DNA of 64,000 bases from a bacterium HR37 (GTDB taxonomy: Bacteria > Desulfobacterota_D > UBA1144 > Nemesobacterales > CSP1-2), in NCBI GenBank assembly GCA_002898375.1, contig BEIN01000015.1, positions 4,414-68,413 of the forward strand, read 5' to 3'. Made by a program: the position numbers and the translations under genes. Below, one piece after another: positions 52,475-63,169 of this stretch. The first letter of the stretch is position 1. Every line of letters begins with the position of its first letter. The notes beneath the pieces are model-generated. The model saw only the letters and a list, made by a program, of their open reading frames with translations, had not been told where the DNA came from and did not search any database.

Positions 52475-54133
52475 ATGCTTCTTGGGCTTAACCTAAAGAA
52501 TTTTGCTATAATAGATGAGCTCTCCTTAGAGTTCGGCGAGAGGTTAAACATAATTACGGGTGAAACTGGTGCTGGGAAATCCATAATCGTTGATGCCATA
52601 AATCTTATACTAGGTGATAAGGCCTCAACTGATCACATTAAATCCGGTAGAGAGGAAGCCCATATAGAAGCCCTGTTTGATGTATCTAAAAACAGTATCG
52701 TAAGAGAAAGACTAAGTAATCTGGGGTTTGAGGTTAAAGAGGGTGAGCTTATAGTAAAGCGGGTAATTTCTAGAGGGGGAAGAGGAAGGGTTTTTATAAA
52801 CGGGAGCATTGCAACTTCTTCTATTCTCGAACAGGTTACAGAGGGATTAATAGATATATTTAGTCAACATGAGCATCAGAGTCTCCTTAGGGAGGAAATG
52901 CATCTAGTGGTTCTTGATGAGTTTGCAGGTTTGTCCGGGCTTAGGCAGAAGTTGGAGGAACTCTACAGTAGCTATATTGCGCTTTATAGGGAGTTAGAAG
53001 AGATTGGTAAAGAGCTTAACGAGAAAAACAAAAGAGAAGATTTTCTCAGATTTCAGTTAAATGAAATAGATTCAGCCTTTTTAAGACCGGGAGAAGAAGA
53101 GTCTTTAGAAGAAGAAAGAAAAAAGCTTTTAAATGCAGAACGCCTGTTTTCCCTTACCAATGAATCATATGGGATTCTTTACGAAAATGAGGATTCCGTT
53201 CTGGATGTGCTTAAGAGAATATACAATGGAATCGAGAAAGAGTCAGAATATGATGTAACCTTAGCGGATATCGGTAGATCTCTTGAGAGATGTATTGTTG
53301 AGCTTAGGGAAATTGCCTTTGCTCTAAGGGACTATGCTATGGGAGTTTACTACGACCCGGACAAGCTGAGTATGATAGAGGCAAGGCTTCAGGAGATTAA
53401 GAGGTTAAGGATGAAATACGGAGCAACTGTTGAGGAGATTCTTGAAAAAAGGAAGGCAATAGAGAGTGAGCTTAAAAACCTTCACAGGGCAGAGGACAGG
53501 ATGAAGAGCATTATGGAGAAGACCAAAGAGATTGAAAGAGAAGTTCAAAAATGTGCTAAAGAACTTTCTGAAAAGAGAAAGAAAGCAGCTATTAAGCTTT
53601 CAGAAGCTGTTATGAGGGAGCTTAAAGAGGTTGGAATTGAGAAAGGTGTATTCACCGTTGGATTTGAACAAAAGAGGCTTTCTCCAACTGGGTTGGACAG
53701 GGTTACTTTTTTGTTCTCTGCCAATCCGGATGAAGAGCCAAAACCCCTTACAAAAGTGGCTTCTGGTGGGGAGTTATCTCGGGTAATGCTTGTCCTTAAA
53801 GAGGTGCTTGCGAGAGTAGAGGGAAGTTCTGTGTTGGTATTTGATGAGGCTGACTCTGGTATAGGAGGTGCTGTAGCTGAGGCTGTAGGAAGAAAGATTA
53901 AAAGACTTTCACAGAACTATCAGGTTATCTGTATAACTCATCTACCCCAGATTGCAAAGTTTGCTGACCGGCACTTTAGGGTTGTAAAGAATTTTAGAAG
54001 TGGGAAAACGGAGGTTAAGGTTGAATCTCTGGAGGGTGAAGAAAGGGTAAGAGAGATAGCCCGTATGCTCAGTGGGTTTAAGGTTACAGAAAAAACCCTT
54101 GAAGCTGCTCGTGAGATGCTAGGAGAAGGGTAA
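52475..54133 (+). CDS. recN: DNA repair protein RecN
   Basis: N-terminus MLLGLNLKNFAIIDEL with Walker A GETGAGKS, a long coiled coil and a C-terminal SMC-like signature. Confidence 0.85.
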   Translation: MLLGLNLKNFAIIDELSLEFGERLNIITGETGAGKSIIVDAINLILGDKASTDHIKSGREEAHIEALFDVSKNSIVRERLSNLGFEVKEGELIVKRVISRGGRGRVFINGSIATSSILEQVTEGLIDIFSQHEHQSLLREEMHLVVLDEFAGLSGLRQKLEELYSSYIALYRELEEIGKELNEKNKREDFLRFQLNEIDSAFLRPGEEESLEEERKKLLNAERLFSLTNESYGILYENEDSVLDVLKRIYNGIEKESEYDVTLADIGRSLERCIVELREIAFALRDYAMGVYYDPDKLSMIEARLQEIKRLRMKYGATVEEILEKRKAIESELKNLHRAEDRMKSIMEKTKEIEREVQKCAKELSEKRKKAAIKLSEAVMRELKEVGIEKGVFTVGFEQKRLSPTGLDRVTFLFSANPDEEPKPLTKVASGGELSRVMLVLKEVLARVEGSSVLVFDEADSGIGGAVAEAVGRKIKRLSQNYQVICITHLPQIAKFADRHFRVVKNFRSGKTEVKVESLEGEERVREIARMLSGFKVTEKTLEAAREMLGEG

Positions 54134-54156
54134 CCGCATTACTACTGAGTCAGAAC

Positions 54157-54702
54157 TCAGGGAACAAACACAACAGCGGCTACTACCGTTGTCCATAATC
54201 CGTTTTTATCTCCTACCGCTGACTGGGTTATGTTCCTCGTTTTTACAACATGGCCGCTTATCTTCCATATATCCTTCTGTTCATCGTAGCTCTTATCCGG
54301 GTCAAATGGTGCACCCAGTATCGTGGCAAGCATGTAGGCTGCTAGATCTTCTGCATACTCCCCAGCAGCACTGTCTGTTTGCCCAAAGCTGTGGTGTTCT
54401 GAGAGGTATCCGTAGTAATTTGGTTTCTTTGGGATTGCCATACCTACCGAAGCAGCAATTAAACGGTGGGGCTCCTGGGTTGAGTTTTCGCTCATTACCA
54501 CATATACCACCTGGCCGGGCTTAAGACGTTTTAGCCCTTCGGACTGTGATATCAGCTTGCAGTTTGGAGGAAATATACTGGATACCCTAACTAGGTTGAA
54601 TTCCGCAATCTTTGCGTCACGCAGAGCCATCTCAAAGCTGGTTAGCTTTTCTTTATGTTTCCCTACACCTTTTGTAACGAAAGCGTATCTTGGCACAAAC
54701 AA
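54157..54702 (-). CDS. pdaD: Pyruvoyl-dependent arginine decarboxylase
   Basis: [46 protein letters not shown] closely follows the PdaD family N-terminus, including the self-cleavage region. Confidence 0.8.
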   Translation of the reverse strand: MFVPRYAFVTKGVGKHKEKLTSFEMALRDAKIAEFNLVRVSSIFPPNCKLISQSEGLKRLKPGQVVYVVMSENSTQEPHRLIAASVGMAIPKKPNYYGYLSEHHSFGQTDSAAGEYAEDLAAYMLATILGAPFDPDKSYDEQKDIWKISGHVVKTRNITQSAVGDKNGLWTTVVAAVVFVP

Positions 54703-54834
54703 CTTTTTACCCTCCGTTTAAACCCAATTTTTTATACTAAATAATTGGTCTTGTCAACACCTTTTGTAATATATTATTAAAATATATACTGATTAGGGCA
54801 AAACAAGGGTGCATGTCTTTGCTTAAAAACGACA

Positions 54835-55524
54835 ATGAAAGTTGAGTTAAGAGAAGATGAAACGATAGATGGACCCTGTGGTCTTAAGGTAATACAAAAG
54901 AAGAAAGGATATTACAGGTACTCTCAGGATTCTATTCAGATTGTGGATTTTGCCAATGTAAAAAGTAAAGATAGGGTTTTAGACCTTGGAACTGGATGTG
55001 GTATTATCGCTCTTTTACTTGCTAAAAAGGGCAGTGGCAGGAAAATAATAGGGCTTGAAATTCAAAAGGAGCTAGTTGATATTGCAAGGAGAAATGTGGT
55101 TCTTAACGGGTTTGACAACAAAATTGAGATTGTTGAAGGCGATATAAGATCCATAAAATCTATATTCCCTCCAGACTCCTTTGACTATGTTATTTCTAAT
55201 CCCCCCTATTTAAAGGTTCAGCCGGGATTTAAGGGACCTATATCACACAGAGCAATTGCAAGGCATGAACTTCTATGCAATATGGGTGATGTTCTGGAGG
55301 CTATGAGGTATGTATTAAAGTCCATGAGAAAAGGGGCTTGTGTTTATCCGGCGTCAAGATTTGTTGAACTTATAGTAGAGGCTAAAAAGAGGGGGCTTGA
55401 GCCTGTAAGGGTTAGATTTGTTCATACAGAGCCCAGAAGAAAAGCAGAGCTTGTTATGGTTGAATTTGTAAAAGGAGGCAGGTCTATTCTTGAGGTGCTG
55501 GATCCTATTTTTTCTACCACCTAG
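54835..55524 (+). CDS. SAM-dependent methyltransferase, tRNA (adenine-N6) TrmN6/YfiC-like
   Basis: SAM-binding LDLGTGCG and the amino-methyltransferase NPPY motif (ISNPPYL). Confidence 0.7.
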   Translation: MKVELREDETIDGPCGLKVIQKKKGYYRYSQDSIQIVDFANVKSKDRVLDLGTGCGIIALLLAKKGSGRKIIGLEIQKELVDIARRNVVLNGFDNKIEIVEGDIRSIKSIFPPDSFDYVISNPPYLKVQPGFKGPISHRAIARHELLCNMGDVLEAMRYVLKSMRKGACVYPASRFVELIVEAKKRGLEPVRVRFVHTEPRRKAELVMVEFVKGGRSILEVLDPIFSTT

Positions 55525-56890
55525 GTTTTATAATTTTAATCTCAAGTGCTCTTTTCCCTCTGAGCTTAAATCTCTCATCTATCCTCATACCCCCGATCCA
55601 CATGATTTCTCCCTTGCTTGTAAATATGGGTATTCGTCTTCGAAGAAACCTGGGAACTTTCTCATCTATGAAAAATCGCTTCACTTTCTTAAATTTTTTC
55701 ATCCCAAGGGGGATAAATCTGTCTCCGGGACGAAAGCTCCTTACCTCTATTGGAAACCCAGTTAGACCAGCATCAAAGAAGCCAGTAAACCTGTCCTTTG
55801 GTAGCTCTGATAAGCTGATCTCTGTAAACTCAACCTCAACTTCTACAAGTGGAAATTTCCATTTTCCAGGGGAATCGATGGTATAGGAAAACTCCTGTTT
55901 TAGGAGTGATTTCCTAGAAACCACAAAAAGAGCGTAGCCCTTTGCGATTATAACTTCCTGTGGCAGGAAAATCTCTCCTGAAGGTACTTCGGAAGCAAGG
56001 AGCCTATCAATGGAAAGTATGTGTTTATAAGATACTTGTCTTAAGTTGCCCTTTACTTTCTCTATTGCCATTCGAATAAGAGCAAACCTAAGTGCTTCAG
56101 GAAGGGATTTATATGTACGGATTGTACCAACTAGCTCATGTTCTTCTGTAGATTGAAAAACCTTAGGGAATTGCTCTTGTGCTTCCGTTCTTATAAACTC
56201 TTCCTGTGCCCTTATTATCTCCCCGCTTCTTGCAATGGTTTCTTTAATCCTGGGATTAAACTTCTCAAGTTGTGGAATCAACTTGTGCCTTATTCTGTTC
56301 CTTGTAAAATCCATAAGCCTGTTTGAGGAATCTTCAACCCAGCCAATCCCCTTTTCCTGTAGATAGGCTTTTATTTCAACTTTCTTTATCTCAATTAGCG
56401 GCCTTACTATGTATCCCTCAGATACCGGCGGTATACCTGAAAGTCCAAGTGCTCCACTGCCTCTTATAAATCTCATAATTATGGTTTCCGCTTGGTCATC
56501 GAGGGTATGGCCAGTTGCGATCTTTTGTGCCTCATATCTTTTGAGAACCTCTTTAAAAAACTCGTATCTAAGAACACGTGCAGCTTCTTCAAGAGAAAGA
56601 CCTGAGGTTTTTTTGAATCCAATTGCATCTACATTCTTAAGTTCAAAAGGTAAGTTTAGTTTTCTTGCAATTTGTTCTACAAACTCTGCATCTCTTTTAC
56701 CTTCTTCAGCCCGTATGCCATGATTTACATGTGAAACTATTAGTTTAAGATTGTACTCTTTTAGTTCTGTTAAGATGTAGAGAAGTCCGACTGAATCTGC
56801 TCCCCCGGATACACCTACAATAACGGTTTCACCGGGGAAAAGCATTTTAAATCTCTCTATTGTTTCTCTAACCTTCTCTAGGATCTTCAC
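55514..56890 (-). CDS. tilS: tRNA(Ile)-lysidine synthetase
   Basis: PP-loop GVSGGADS near the N-terminus. Length and C-terminal domain are consistent with TilS. Confidence 0.85.
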   Translation of the reverse strand: MKILEKVRETIERFKMLFPGETVIVGVSGGADSVGLLYILTELKEYNLKLIVSHVNHGIRAEEGKRDAEFVEQIARKLNLPFELKNVDAIGFKKTSGLSLEEAARVLRYEFFKEVLKRYEAQKIATGHTLDDQAETIIMRFIRGSGALGLSGIPPVSEGYIVRPLIEIKKVEIKAYLQEKGIGWVEDSSNRLMDFTRNRIRHKLIPQLEKFNPRIKETIARSGEIIRAQEEFIRTEAQEQFPKVFQSTEEHELVGTIRTYKSLPEALRFALIRMAIEKVKGNLRQVSYKHILSIDRLLASEVPSGEIFLPQEVIIAKGYALFVVSRKSLLKQEFSYTIDSPGKWKFPLVEVEVEFTEISLSELPKDRFTGFFDAGLTGFPIEVRSFRPGDRFIPLGMKKFKKVKRFFIDEKVPRFLRRRIPIFTSKGEIMWIGGMRIDERFKLRGKRALEIKIIKPRW

Positions 56891-57524
56891 CGTATTGATT
56901 TGATGCTAGCCCTCCGGACACTATTATCTTAAAGGCTTCTTCAACGCTAATATCTACCTCTTTAACTTCATCTTCGGGAACCATTATATAGTATCCACCT
57001 GTTGGATTAAATGCTGTTGGGAGAAAAACCCCAACCACTTTCCTTCCGGAGACTATATCCTGTCTGGTATTTGTTACAAAACCTATTGAGTATATACCTT
57101 TTCTTGGGAATTCAAATATCACAACTCGTTTCATTCCCTTAAATCCATTAGTGGTAAACAGGGTTTTCAGTATCTGTTTTGTGGTTATGTAGATTGTTCG
57201 TGCAAATGGGATTTTGGAGATAATATCTTCCCCTAATTCAAGTAGTTTGCGACCTACATAGTGCCTGGTTACGGCACCAGCAATTAAAACCAGTAGTAGG
57301 GTACCTGTAAGTCCGGTGGAAAACATAATAACCTTAAAGAGAAGTGGGTTAATATCTGAAAGAAAATTGATAAAGATCCTTGAAGGAGCAGCACTTAGAG
57401 TTTCTACAATCCAGCTTCCTACCTTAAACAGTATAAAGATCGTTAACCCGAAGGGAATGGTAACTAAAACCCCTGCAAAAAAGTTCTGTCTAATAGACTT
57501 TGCCGTGTTGAAAGGACTATTCAT
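56868..57524 (-). CDS. DUF502 family membrane protein
   Basis: Two TM helices with a conserved cytoplasmic region. Preferred start is the internal ATG at 57524 (MNSPFN...). The track ORF extends to 57581. Confidence 0.55.
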   Translation of the reverse strand: MNSPFNTAKSIRQNFFAGVLVTIPFGLTIFILFKVGSWIVETLSAAPSRIFINFLSDINPLLFKVIMFSTGLTGTLLLVLIAGAVTRHYVGRKLLELGEDIISKIPFARTIYITTKQILKTLFTTNGFKGMKRVVIFEFPRKGIYSIGFVTNTRQDIVSGRKVVGVFLPTAFNPTGGYYIMVPEDEVKEVDISVEEAFKIIVSGGLASNQYGEDPREG

Positions 57525-57807
57525 TAAGCAGTTTCTTGTTAAGTGCTTCTCTAAGGAACCTGCTGGGTCTAAAAACAACAACCTTTCTTTCGGCTATTTC
57601 TATGGTATCACCTGTAGCTGGATTTCTACCCTTTCTGGATTTTCTTTTCTGTATTTTAAAGCTTCCAAATCTTGGAAGCTTAATGCCCTCTTCAGCTGTA
57701 AGTTTTTCTTTAACCAAGTTAAAGAAAAACTCAACTATCTCGGCAGATTCCCTCTTTGAAAGCCCTATTTTTGAATGCATTACTTCAGCAAGCTCTTTTT
57801 TGGTCAT
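57517..57807 (-). CDS. ihfA: Integration host factor / HU-family DNA-binding protein
   Basis: MTKKELAEVM...GFGSFKIQKRKSRKGRNPATGDTIEI has the HU/IHF arm motif. Start ATG 57807 has AGAGAGG upstream. Located directly downstream of pheT, as ihfA is in E. coli. Confidence 0.75.
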   Translation of the reverse strand: MTKKELAEVMHSKIGLSKRESAEIVEFFFNLVKEKLTAEEGIKLPRFGSFKIQKRKSRKGRNPATGDTIEIAERKVVVFRPSRFLREALNKKLLNE

Positions 57808-57820
57808 ATCTGCCTCTCTA

Positions 57821-60226
57821 TTAGGTTTTTCGTAGTTCTGCCCCAAAGGCCAGATTCAATCTACCCAATATAGTTTCCTGTATCTTATTTGCTTCTTCAT
57901 CTGTAAGGGTTCTATCTGAAGCCCTAAGGATAATAGATACAGTTACGCTTTTTTTCCCTTTTTCTATTGAACCCCCTTTGAACACATCGAAGATACTTAC
58001 CTCTTCTATCAGTTCGGACTCCGCTTTTTTTATTTCATTTAAAATTTTTGCTACAGGCAGGTTTTCATCAACTACAACGGATATGTCCCTTCTGAGTGAA
58101 GGAAATTTGGGAAGAGAAGAAAACCTTTTTTCTGGAGTTGAAAAACTGACCAACCTATCAAAGTCAATCTCAAATACATATACTGGCTTTAAAATATCGA
58201 GATGCTCTCTAAGGTCTGGATGAATTTCCCCTATAAGACCTACTGTTTCATTGCCAAGAACCAACTTGGCTGATTTTCCAGGGTGGAGGAATTTGACCCC
58301 GTGAGCTTCTTCAAACTTTATCTGCTCTGAGACAGATATGGCCTCAAGTATCCTTTCCACAATTCCCTTAAGATAAAAAAGGTCAAACTCCTCCTTGTTC
58401 CACAGTTCCGGTTGCCCCCTCCCTGTTGCCGCCGCGGCAAGTTTTGTAATCTCTTTGGGAAGAGAGTTATCTTCCGGTATATATACCTTACCAATTTCAA
58501 ATATTCTTATATCCTGAACTTGGTGATTCAGATTGAAGCTTACGTTTTTTAGTATTCCGGCAAGAAGTGTAGTCCTCATTACGGAGCTTTCCTTGGAAAG
58601 TGGGTTTATAATACGCAGAGGAACAAGTGTGCTGAATAGGGCGAGGGTTTCAGGGTCTTCAAAACTATAGTTTATTACCTCCAAGAAGCCAAGAGAGGTG
58701 AGAACTTCCTTTATCCTGTTCTCAAGTATCCTGGTTTTTTCAGGCCTTTGAGTCTTCATATTAATCAGCGGAAGGGTTAGAGGTATCTTTTCGTATCCCC
58801 AGTGTCTTGCTACCTCTTCTACCAGATCAACTTCTCTTGAGATATCCACTCTGAAAGTTGGAACCCTTAAAAGAAACTCATTTCCTCTCTCTTCTGTTAT
58901 TTCAAGCTCAAGGCCTTTTAGTATTTTCTTTACCTCTTTGGCCTTTATATCAGTGCCAAGGGTTGAGTTAAGACGATCTAGGGACAGCCAGATCTCTTTA
59001 GGGTATATAGGTGCTGGGTAAATATCTATTCTTCCCCTGGCTACGTTTCCTCCTGCAAGTCTTCTTATAAGCTCTGAAGCCCTGTCCAGTGCTTTGACTA
59101 CTCCATTTGGGTCAACCCCGCGTTCAAACCTGTAGGACGATTCGGTTTTCAAGTTAAGTCTTTTAGAGGTTCTTCTTATTCTTACAGGGTTAAAGTAGGC
59201 ACTTTCGAGGAGTATGTTTCTTGTATCCTCAGAGATTTCGGTATTCAACCCACCCATTATGCCAGCCAGCGCTATGGGATTTTTGGCATCACATATTAGA
59301 AGGTCTTCCTTATCTAGATTTCTCCTTACTTTGTCTAGTGTCTCTATAACCTCACCTTGTTGTGCTTTACGAACAACTATCCTTCTTTCATGAATAAGGT
59401 CATAGTCAAATGCATGAAGTGGTTGTCCCAGCTCAAGAAGCACAAGGTTCGTTACATCAACTACGTTGTTGATAGACCTTATTCCTACCGCTCTTAGCCG
59501 GTTTTTAAGCCATTGGGGAGAAGGACATATTCTAACGTCTGTAATAACACGGCAGGAGTACCTTGGACACCCCTCCTGATCTAGTACTTCTACGGAAACA
59601 AGCTCCTCTATGTTTTCTGTTCCCTCTAATACGTTGTAGTCAGGGTACTTAATTTCTTTTCCCAGTATCGCTGCAAGCTCCCTAGCTATTCCCACAACGC
59701 TTAAACAGTCAGGACGATTTGGGGTAACCCCTACTTCAATTACCGTATCATCTAGATCAAGAACATCTATCAGCTTGCTTCCGGGCTTTGCGGTTTCTGG
59801 AAGTATAAGTATGCCCTCTCCTTCTTCGCCTATACCAAGCTCGTTTTCCGCACAGAGCATGCCCTCTGATAGCTCTCCTCTTATTCTGGTTGCCTGAATA
59901 ACTATCCCTTCGGGAAACTTGGAGCTTGGAGGCAGTGTTACCCCGGCTCTTGCAAGGGCTACCTTATCCCCTACCTTCATGTTTCTTGCCCCACAGACTA
60001 TGTTGTAGTGTCTTGTGCCATCTGTTACCGTACAGACAACAAGCTTAGATGCATTCGGGTGGGGTTTTATATCCAGGATTTCAGCTACCACTATATCCTC
60101 TAAACCTTTGCCGAGGTATTCTATGGATTCAACCTCCAGCCCAACCATGGTTAGACTTTGGGCAAGCTCCTGTGGGGAGAGTTTAAAATCCAGGTATTCT
60201 TTAAGCCATCTTAATGTAAATTTCAT
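57821..60226 (-). CDS. pheT: Phenylalanine--tRNA ligase beta subunit
   Basis: 801 aa with the N-terminus MKFTLRWLKEYLD and tRNA-binding, B3/B4, B5 and C-terminal FDX-ACB regions in the canonical order. Confidence 0.9.
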   Translation of the reverse strand: MKFTLRWLKEYLDFKLSPQELAQSLTMVGLEVESIEYLGKGLEDIVVAEILDIKPHPNASKLVVCTVTDGTRHYNIVCGARNMKVGDKVALARAGVTLPPSSKFPEGIVIQATRIRGELSEGMLCAENELGIGEEGEGILILPETAKPGSKLIDVLDLDDTVIEVGVTPNRPDCLSVVGIARELAAILGKEIKYPDYNVLEGTENIEELVSVEVLDQEGCPRYSCRVITDVRICPSPQWLKNRLRAVGIRSINNVVDVTNLVLLELGQPLHAFDYDLIHERRIVVRKAQQGEVIETLDKVRRNLDKEDLLICDAKNPIALAGIMGGLNTEISEDTRNILLESAYFNPVRIRRTSKRLNLKTESSYRFERGVDPNGVVKALDRASELIRRLAGGNVARGRIDIYPAPIYPKEIWLSLDRLNSTLGTDIKAKEVKKILKGLELEITEERGNEFLLRVPTFRVDISREVDLVEEVARHWGYEKIPLTLPLINMKTQRPEKTRILENRIKEVLTSLGFLEVINYSFEDPETLALFSTLVPLRIINPLSKESSVMRTTLLAGILKNVSFNLNHQVQDIRIFEIGKVYIPEDNSLPKEITKLAAAATGRGQPELWNKEEFDLFYLKGIVERILEAISVSEQIKFEEAHGVKFLHPGKSAKLVLGNETVGLIGEIHPDLREHLDILKPVYVFEIDFDRLVSFSTPEKRFSSLPKFPSLRRDISVVVDENLPVAKILNEIKKAESELIEEVSIFDVFKGGSIEKGKKSVTVSIILRASDRTLTDEEANKIQETILGRLNLAFGAELRKT

Positions 60227-60343
60227 TTCTGGAAAGAGAATAAATAATTACACTCCATTAGTAAATATGTCAATTGCCGATTAACTTTTTAATTTTATAA
60301 CAAGATCTGCACAACTTTCAATATCAGGTAAAATAACTGTGCT

Positions 60344-63169
60344 TTGCAGGTAATCAGGATAAAAGGGGCAAGAGAACACAACTTAAAGAACATAGAGATT
60401 GAGATCCCTAGAAGAAGTTTTACTGTAATCACCGGGGTAAGTGGTTCGGGTAAGTCTTCTCTTGCATTTGATACCATATTTGCCGAGGGTGAGAGAAGGT
60501 ATATAGAGTCACTTTCCGCATATGCCAGACAATTTGTGGAAAAGATTGATAAACCTGATGTTGATTCCATTGAGGGGCTTTCTCCTTCAATCTCTGTTGA
60601 TCAAAAAACGTTTCAAAGGAATCCACGTTCCACAGTTGGCACAGTAACTGAAATTTACGATTTCTTAAGGCTTTTATTTGCCCGTCTTGGTAAACCATAC
60701 TGTTACGGTTGTGGTAATGAGATATCCCTGCAGAGTGTTGAGAGGATGGTAGAGCAGGTGTTATCTATAGGGGCAGGCAAAAAGGTTCTTGTGTTCTCAC
60801 CCATAGTAAGTGGTAGAAAGGGTGAGTATAGAAAAGAACTGGAGGAACTAAAGAGACAGGGATTTACCCGTGTGAGGGTAGATGGAAAGGTATTTGATCT
60901 GGACGAGGATATAACCCTTGATAAGCACAAGAAACACACCATTGAATTGCTTGTGGACGTGGTTTTTATCGATAATAGCAAAACGACAAGAGATAGAGTT
61001 AGAGATTCTATAAAGCTTGCTTTAAAACTGGGAGGAGGTGTTACAAGGATAGAAACTGAAGACGGTAAAGTCTCTGCTGTTTTAAGTGAGAGGTTTGCCT
61101 GTTTTAGGTGTGGCATAAATTATCCTGAAATCTCTCCCAGGCTTTTTTCCTTTAATAGCCCTTATGGAGCTTGTCCTGATTGCCAGGGATTAGGGGTTAA
61201 ATCTTTTTTTGATCCAGACCTTATTATAGAAAGTTATGATAAATCAATTGAGGAAGGAACTATAATTCCATGGAAAAATTCCAGGTACTTTAGTAGAGTG
61301 TTGGAAAGGCTCTCTAAACACTATGGATTTAGTTTAAAGACTCCTTTTGGAAAGCTCCCTTTAAGGATAAGAAATCTTATTCTATATGGTTCTAAGGATA
61401 AGAGAGGTACCTATAAGGGTGAGGAAGATTATCATCACGCTTTTCCGGGTGTGGTGGGGGTTTTATCTGACTGGTATAGTGAGACGGAATCCCAAGAGGT
61501 AAGGGATATACTTTCTAAGTACATAAGAGTTACCCCTTGTCAGAGCTGTGGTGGTTCAAGGCTTAAAAAGGAGAGTTTGGCCGTTTTGCTAAATGGAAAA
61601 TCCATATACGATGTTGTCAGGATGACGGTGGATGAGTGTTGGGAGTTTTTTGAGAACATCTATTTTACGGATAGAGAAAGGGAGATTGGAAGCAGGATAG
61701 TTAAAGAGCTTTTAACGCGTCTAGGCTTCTTAAAAGAGGTTGGGCTTGGTTACCTGACTTTAGACCGTTCTGCCCCTACCCTTTCAGGAGGAGAGGCACA
61801 ACGTATAAGGCTTGCTACTCAGTTGGGGGCAAAGCTAACAGGGATTACTTACGTTTTGGATGAGCCCACAATAGGCCTTCATCCAAGGGATAACAAGAGA
61901 CTTATTGGTGCACTTAAGTCACTTAAGGATCTCGGAAATACCGTGATAGTGGTTGAACACGATGAGGAAACGATAAGGAGTGCTGATTTCATAGTTGATC
62001 TTGGACCAGGGGCCGGGGAGAGAGGTGGAGAAGTACTTGCATGTGGAGATATATACAGTCTCATTAACAACGAAAGATCTCTAACGGGTATGTATCTTTC
62101 TGGGAAACTTTCTATACCAGTACCTCCTAAAAGGAGAAAACCAAAGGGGTTTATAACGATAAAAGGGGCAAGTGAGAACAATCTAAAGTGTATAGATGTT
62201 TCTTTTCCTATAGGAGTCTTTACATGTGTTACAGGGGTTTCGGGCTCAGGTAAGAGTACACTTGTTATAGACATCCTCTATAAAGCTTTGTCTTCAAAGC
62301 TTTACGGAAGCAAAGAAAGAGTGGGAAGTTATAGGGAGATAGTGGGTGATGAAGCAATAGATAAGGTTATAAACATAGATCAGTTGCCTATTGGACGAAC
62401 CCCTAGGTCTAATCCCGCAACCTATACGGGTGTTTTTACCCTTATAAGGGAGTTGTTTGCAATGCTGCCTGAGGCAAGAATGAGAGGTTATAAGCCTGGA
62501 AGATTCAGTTTTAATGTTCGTGATGGAAGGTGTGGTGGGTGCAACGGAGAGGGAATGGTAAGGATAGAGATGCACTTTCTACCTGATGTTTATGTAAAGT
62601 GTGAGCAGTGTGGAGGAAGCAGGTACAATCCTGAAACGCTTGAGATCCGGTATAGGGAAAAGAGTATAGCTGATGTGCTTAATATGACTGTAAGTGAGGC
62701 TCTAGATTTTTTTAAAAATGTCCCTCATATAAGATCCAAGCTTGAGGTGCTTTATGCAGTTGGGCTGGATTATATAAGACTGGGACAACCTGCTACAACC
62801 CTTTCTGGAGGAGAAGCCCAGAGGATAAAGCTTTCTAGGGAGTTGTCAAAAAGGGCTACGGGAAGAACCCTTTATATACTTGATGAGCCTACAATAGGGC
62901 TACATTTTGACGATGTAAAAAAGCTCCTTGAGGTCATATACAGGCTGGTTGATATGGGGAACACCGTTATCGTTATTGAACACAATCTAGATGTGATAAA
63001 GTGTGCGGACTACATAATAGACCTTGGACCTGAGGGAGGAGATGAGGGAGGATGGGTTGTAGCATGTGGAACTCCAGAGGAGGTTTCTCAGATTGAGGGT
63101 TCATATACAGGTATGTATTTAAAAAAGGTTTTACAAGCCCATAGTAGAGTGGAGGATGATTTCTGTTGA
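60344..63169 (+). CDS. uvrA: Excinuclease ABC subunit A
   Basis: 941 aa with two ABC ATPase modules (GVSGSGKSSL, GVSGSGKSTL) and zinc-finger Cys clusters. TTG start at 60344. Confidence 0.95.
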   Translation: MQVIRIKGAREHNLKNIEIEIPRRSFTVITGVSGSGKSSLAFDTIFAEGERRYIESLSAYARQFVEKIDKPDVDSIEGLSPSISVDQKTFQRNPRSTVGTVTEIYDFLRLLFARLGKPYCYGCGNEISLQSVERMVEQVLSIGAGKKVLVFSPIVSGRKGEYRKELEELKRQGFTRVRVDGKVFDLDEDITLDKHKKHTIELLVDVVFIDNSKTTRDRVRDSIKLALKLGGGVTRIETEDGKVSAVLSERFACFRCGINYPEISPRLFSFNSPYGACPDCQGLGVKSFFDPDLIIESYDKSIEEGTIIPWKNSRYFSRVLERLSKHYGFSLKTPFGKLPLRIRNLILYGSKDKRGTYKGEEDYHHAFPGVVGVLSDWYSETESQEVRDILSKYIRVTPCQSCGGSRLKKESLAVLLNGKSIYDVVRMTVDECWEFFENIYFTDREREIGSRIVKELLTRLGFLKEVGLGYLTLDRSAPTLSGGEAQRIRLATQLGAKLTGITYVLDEPTIGLHPRDNKRLIGALKSLKDLGNTVIVVEHDEETIRSADFIVDLGPGAGERGGEVLACGDIYSLINNERSLTGMYLSGKLSIPVPPKRRKPKGFITIKGASENNLKCIDVSFPIGVFTCVTGVSGSGKSTLVIDILYKALSSKLYGSKERVGSYREIVGDEAIDKVINIDQLPIGRTPRSNPATYTGVFTLIRELFAMLPEARMRGYKPGRFSFNVRDGRCGGCNGEGMVRIEMHFLPDVYVKCEQCGGSRYNPETLEIRYREKSIADVLNMTVSEALDFFKNVPHIRSKLEVLYAVGLDYIRLGQPATTLSGGEAQRIKLSRELSKRATGRTLYILDEPTIGLHFDDVKKLLEVIYRLVDMGNTVIVIEHNLDVIKCADYIIDLGPEGGDEGGWVVACGTPEEVSQIEGSYTGMYLKKVLQAHSRVEDDFC

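Noticed and set aside
54140-54160. Short hairpin CTGAGT-cagaa-ACTCAG between convergent recN and pdaD
   Set aside because: The stem is only 6 bp and there is no flanking U-tract on either strand. It is insufficient for a bidirectional terminator call.
60320-60345. Possible LexA/SOS box upstream of uvrA (CTGT...CAG half-sites)
   Set aside because: The spacing and half-sites do not fit CTGT-N8-ACAG or the Gram-positive CGAACRNRYGTTYC consensus. It is a chance palindrome fragment.
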